Shown here: one piece after another, positions 35,181 to 38,102 of the stretch
Numbering within the stretch: the first letter of the stretch is position 1
Layout of the letters: each line of letters opens with the position of its first letter
Virus record (IMG/VR): IMGVR_UViG_3300048599_000143
Location: 1-38,102 of that record
Direction: 5' to 3' (one strand)
DNA: 38,102 nt
DNA from: a virus
Taxonomy: Duplodnaviria > Caudoviricetes
The notes under the pieces: model-generated
Seen by the model: only the letters and a program-made list of their open reading frames with translations
What the model was told of the DNA's origin: nothing
Databases searched by the model: none
Program-made: the position numbers and the translations under genes

Positions 35181-36598
35181 CAGTGACCGACCTTGTCGAC
35201 TTGCGCCTCGGCCTTGATCAGGTCGATCGGGCAGTTATCGGCCGATGAAATCTCGAAGGCGAAGCTCGACCCGAGCCCGAAGCCGCCGAAATAAACGAAA
35301 TGCAAGGTGTCCCCGGCCTTGCCGAGCGAGCGTGTGATCCACGGACCGTAGGGGCGGCCGTCCCGGCTGCAGCGCACGCGAATGGTCGGCGCGGTCTGCG
35401 AGGTCCCGAGGCCGCGGCGGATCCGCAACCGGAAATCCTTGATCTGCAAATCCGTGGCTTCGGCGATGTAGGCGGTGCGCACGAGCCAGCGCTGCAATCC
35501 GTTGCCGTGACGGAAATAATTCGGGTCGAGCTCGTAGAGCTTGCCCTCGCCGCCTACGAAATGCTTGTTCCAGAGCGTCCAGTGCGACCAGCCCGGCCAG
35601 CGGTTCGGCGCGCCGTTCGCTTCGTCCCACCCATAAAGCGTCGAGAAGCGCTTGTTCTTGTAATCGTAGAGCAGCGTCACGCCTTTGGTGCCGTATTCGT
35701 TCGTGGCGTTGGGCGCCTGCAGCACCATAAACTTCTGCCCGACGATATGCAGGGGCCGGTCCGGGAAGCCGCCGAGCCAGGCGTCGGACCAATCGTCGAT
35801 CGCTTCCAGCAGGCGTCCGATCTCGTTGGAGGCCGCGGCCGAGGTCTGGCCCGAGAAGCGCACGAATTCGGTGAGCGCGTTGATGGTCCACAGCGCGTTG
35901 TCAGCAAACAGCATCACATAGGGAAACTTCACGCCATCGCCTACCGACCAGCGCCGGAAGAAAGGGATGCTGCCCGTCGGATTGCGCTCGAACTGCTCCA
36001 TCGAGCTCTCGCCGCCGAGCATGATCTCGCGGAAAGGCGTGATCATCAGCGAGTTGATGTTGTCCGGGTTGCCGTCAGCCGAAAACGTATCGAGCGGGTC
36101 CCACTGATCGGGCTTGCCGGGTGGCGAGTGATAGAAGCGGCCGGAATTGAGCTCTACCGCGATGGTGAAATCATCCATCCATCCGATATGGGTGGCGAGC
36201 GGTGCGTCCTTGGAAAGGAGCTCGCAAGCCTGATCGCGCAGGCGCACGATCGGCCCGCCGGCAGCCATCAGCAATTCGCGGTCGGTCTTCTGGAAGATGA
36301 TGCGCCGGCCGCCGGACACCGGCACGCCGGGGATTTCTGCCACCGCATAGTCACGCGTGACACGGTGAATGCGGCCCTTGTCGGTGCCGGCGATCAGATC
36401 GCCGTTGTGGTCGTTCAGATAGATGCGCGAATTGCCCCCGAAATCCGCGATTTCGCGCATGCCGGGGAACCGCGACTGGCCGTTCAGATCGTTGACGTAG
36501 CCGTTCTCGATCGCGGTCTGATAGCCGACGACGGCTTCCGGATGCAGGTTTGCGTACAGCCCCTTATCCAGGGGGAGCGGCACCCAATCTTCAGCCAT
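35180..36598 (-). CDS. P22 gp10-like DNA stabilization/tail hub protein
   Basis: PD.I...GE.S.E.F; S.EI...L; TLLYD....F; S.DG..YG.W...LG..G...LG..F.FEI pattern; start MAEDWVPL at 36598 (TGATG overlap). Confidence 0.78.
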   Translation of the reverse strand: MAEDWVPLPLDKGLYANLHPEAVVGYQTAIENGYVNDLNGQSRFPGMREIADFGGNSRIYLNDHNGDLIAGTDKGRIHRVTRDYAVAEIPGVPVSGGRRIIFQKTDRELLMAAGGPIVRLRDQACELLSKDAPLATHIGWMDDFTIAVELNSGRFYHSPPGKPDQWDPLDTFSADGNPDNINSLMITPFREIMLGGESSMEQFERNPTGSIPFFRRWSVGDGVKFPYVMLFADNALWTINALTEFVRFSGQTSAAASNEIGRLLEAIDDWSDAWLGGFPDRPLHIVGQKFMVLQAPNATNEYGTKGVTLLYDYKNKRFSTLYGWDEANGAPNRWPGWSHWTLWNKHFVGGEGKLYELDPNYFRHGNGLQRWLVRTAYIAEATDLQIKDFRLRIRRGLGTSQTAPTIRVRCSRDGRPYGPWITRSLGKAGDTLHFVYFGGFGLGSSFAFEISSADNCPIDLIKAEAQVDKVGH

Positions 36599-38102
36599 CA
36601 GGATGAGACCACGTTGACGTCGCCGGTCCACTCGACCGTCTGGCTGGCGTCGCCGATCACTCGCAATTCGATCTCGCCGACATTTGCCACGAAGGCGCAA
36701 TGCCAGTTGGCGTTGGTCTCGATGATGGGGGTGACACGGTTGTCGGCGAAGGCGAGCAACCCGTCGGCGACGCCGTTGCCGGTCACGCCATTGCTCAGAT
36801 TCTCGTTGTCGACGAAGGCGCCGTGAATGTCGTTCAGCGTCAGCGTGCCGGTCGCGCCTCCGTCGCTCTGCGAGACGAGCTTCGCGGTAGCGCCAGAAGT
36901 CGCGCCGGTGATCGTGTCGCCATTGGTGAAGTTCGAGGATTGCCCGTCATAGGCGAGCGTCGCAGCGCTCTTGATCTTGACGTTCGGCGACGAAATCGAA
37001 CCGTTGACGGTCGCGGAACCGCCGGCGCCATCGGTGATGATCTCGTTGTCGACGAAGGTGCCGGTGATGTCCTGAAGCGTCAGCGTGCCGGTCGCGCCTC
37101 CGTCGGTATCCGCTGTGATCCGGGCGCTGGCGCCCGACGTTGCGCCGGTGACGACATTGCCGACCGTGAAATTGCCGGTCTGGGCTTCGTACGCGAGTGC
37201 GGCGCCTGGACGCTCGGCCGCGATCGCCAGATGATAGAAGCCGACATTGACCCCGTTGCGCTGGCGGCCGATGACCTTCGCCTCCAGATAGACCTTCTGC
37301 CCCGGCCGAAGCGGCATGCCCCATGCCTTGGTCGCGGCATTGCCGGTGGTGACGCCGGAGGCCGATCCGCGATCGAAGCTCTTGGAGCGCAGCCAGGCGG
37401 TCGCGGCGCCTGCGATCGAGACGCCGGAGATTTCCCGGCAATCCTGCACGAGGATGTTGTTGCGCGGCGTGGTGATGGTGATCGCCACGTCCTGAAATGA
37501 CATGCGGCGGAAGGCGAGCGCTTCGACATTGCCGGTGAGGGCGATCGAGCCGTCCTTCATCGAGCCGCCGAGGAATTCCAGGCCGACCACGGTGTTCTCG
37601 GTCGTTTCGGGAACGCCGTCCTCGACCGAAAGGTTGACGGTGTTGTCCTCGAACCAGGCGTCGATGAAGGATGTGGCGCGTGCGCCGACGATCTTGACCG
37701 CGGTGCCGGTGTTGCTCTCCAGCCCGAGGTTGACAAACTGGTTATGGGTGCAGGCGAGGTCCTTGTTCTCAAGATCGATCGCGGCGCCCGTGCACAGGTC
37801 GATCTTTCCGCCGCGCCACACGTTGAACCGCAGCACGCCGCCAACGCCAGCCGCGTTCTCGCCATAAGCCTTGTAGCCGGTGACGCATTGCTGGACGAAC
37901 AGGTCATTCCATGCGCAAAGCGCGCCGCCCTTGCGGGAAAGGCCGGTCTCAAAGCGCTTGATCTCGGCGTCGTTGAAAACGATCTCGTCCTTGTTCTCGG
38001 CAAGGACGCCGATCGAATTGCCGACCAGCGTCACCCCATCGAGCGTCAGCCGGCAGAAGCCCGCCCTCTTGCCGCCGATCGTCACCACGGTGCCAGCCTG
38101 CG
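36598..38102 (-). CDS. Tailspike-like (parallel beta-helix) protein, 5'-truncated by the window
   Basis: Frame is open to the window end; N/G/I/V beta-helix-like region; duplicated C-terminal module. Confidence 0.65.
   Translation of the reverse strand, partial: QAGTVVTIGGKRAGFCRLTLDGVTLVGNSIGVLAENKDEIVFNDAEIKRFETGLSRKGGALCAWNDLFVQQCVTGYKAYGENAAGVGGVLRFNVWRGGKIDLCTGAAIDLENKDLACTHNQFVNLGLESNTGTAVKIVGARATSFIDAWFEDNTVNLSVEDGVPETTENTVVGLEFLGGSMKDGSIALTGNVEALAFRRMSFQDVAITITTPRNNILVQDCREISGVSIAGAATAWLRSKSFDRGSASGVTTGNAATKAWGMPLRPGQKVYLEAKVIGRQRNGVNVGFYHLAIAAERPGAALAYEAQTGNFTVGNVVTGATSGASARITADTDGGATGTLTLQDITGTFVDNEIITDGAGGSATVNGSISSPNVKIKSAATLAYDGQSSNFTNGDTITGATSGATAKLVSQSDGGATGTLTLNDIHGAFVDNENLSNGVTGNGVADGLLAFADNRVTPIIETNANWHCAFVANVGEIELRVIGDASQTVEWTGDVNVVSS

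Larger units (their letters stand above)
1..38102. mobile_element. Temperate podovirus-like phage genome segment (alphaproteobacterial host), apparently unintegrated
   Basis: Early recombination genes, integrase and att core on +; converging tail/ejection genes on -; phage-type genes on both sides of the att core; no host housekeeping operons. Confidence 0.9.

Noticed and set aside
36790-37200. Diversity-generating retroelement TR/VR pair
   Set aside because: Both copies are in-frame parts of one gene, the differences are not adenine-specific, and there is no reverse transcriptase in the window

Overview
High-GC temperate phage DNA from an alphaproteobacterial (Rhizobiales-like) host, with podovirus-type virion genes. 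The left arm (1-17.7 kb, + strand) is a tightly coupled early/recombination region. It encodes a hexapeptide-repeat protein, an XRE regulator, a Sak4-like AAA ATPase, an HNH endonuclease, an ExoX-like exonuclease, a Dda/RecD-like helicase, an RHH protein, an Xis-like protein and a tyrosine integrase. An apparently intact attP follows (tRNA 3'-end core with arm repeats on both sides), so this looks like unintegrated phage. Right of attP are two tandem HerA/DUF87-type ATPases, one with five Myb/GcrA-like HTH repeats and one with two winged helices. After them come isolated copies of host domains: a standalone FtsK-gamma domain, a 70-aa GGQ release-factor domain, and a protein ending in an SSB-like DDEIPF tail. 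The right arm (- strand) holds a tailspike-like protein, a P22 gp10-like protein, ejection-type proteins, a 4088-aa DarB-like polyvalent protein and an Omp25/RopB-like moron. The most notable signals are two protein-like genes overprinted in the +1 frame inside linkers of the giant gene (one not in the ORF track), the tandem ATPase/FtsK-gamma module, and the mini release factor. All family assignments come from motif recognition by eye; no searches were run.
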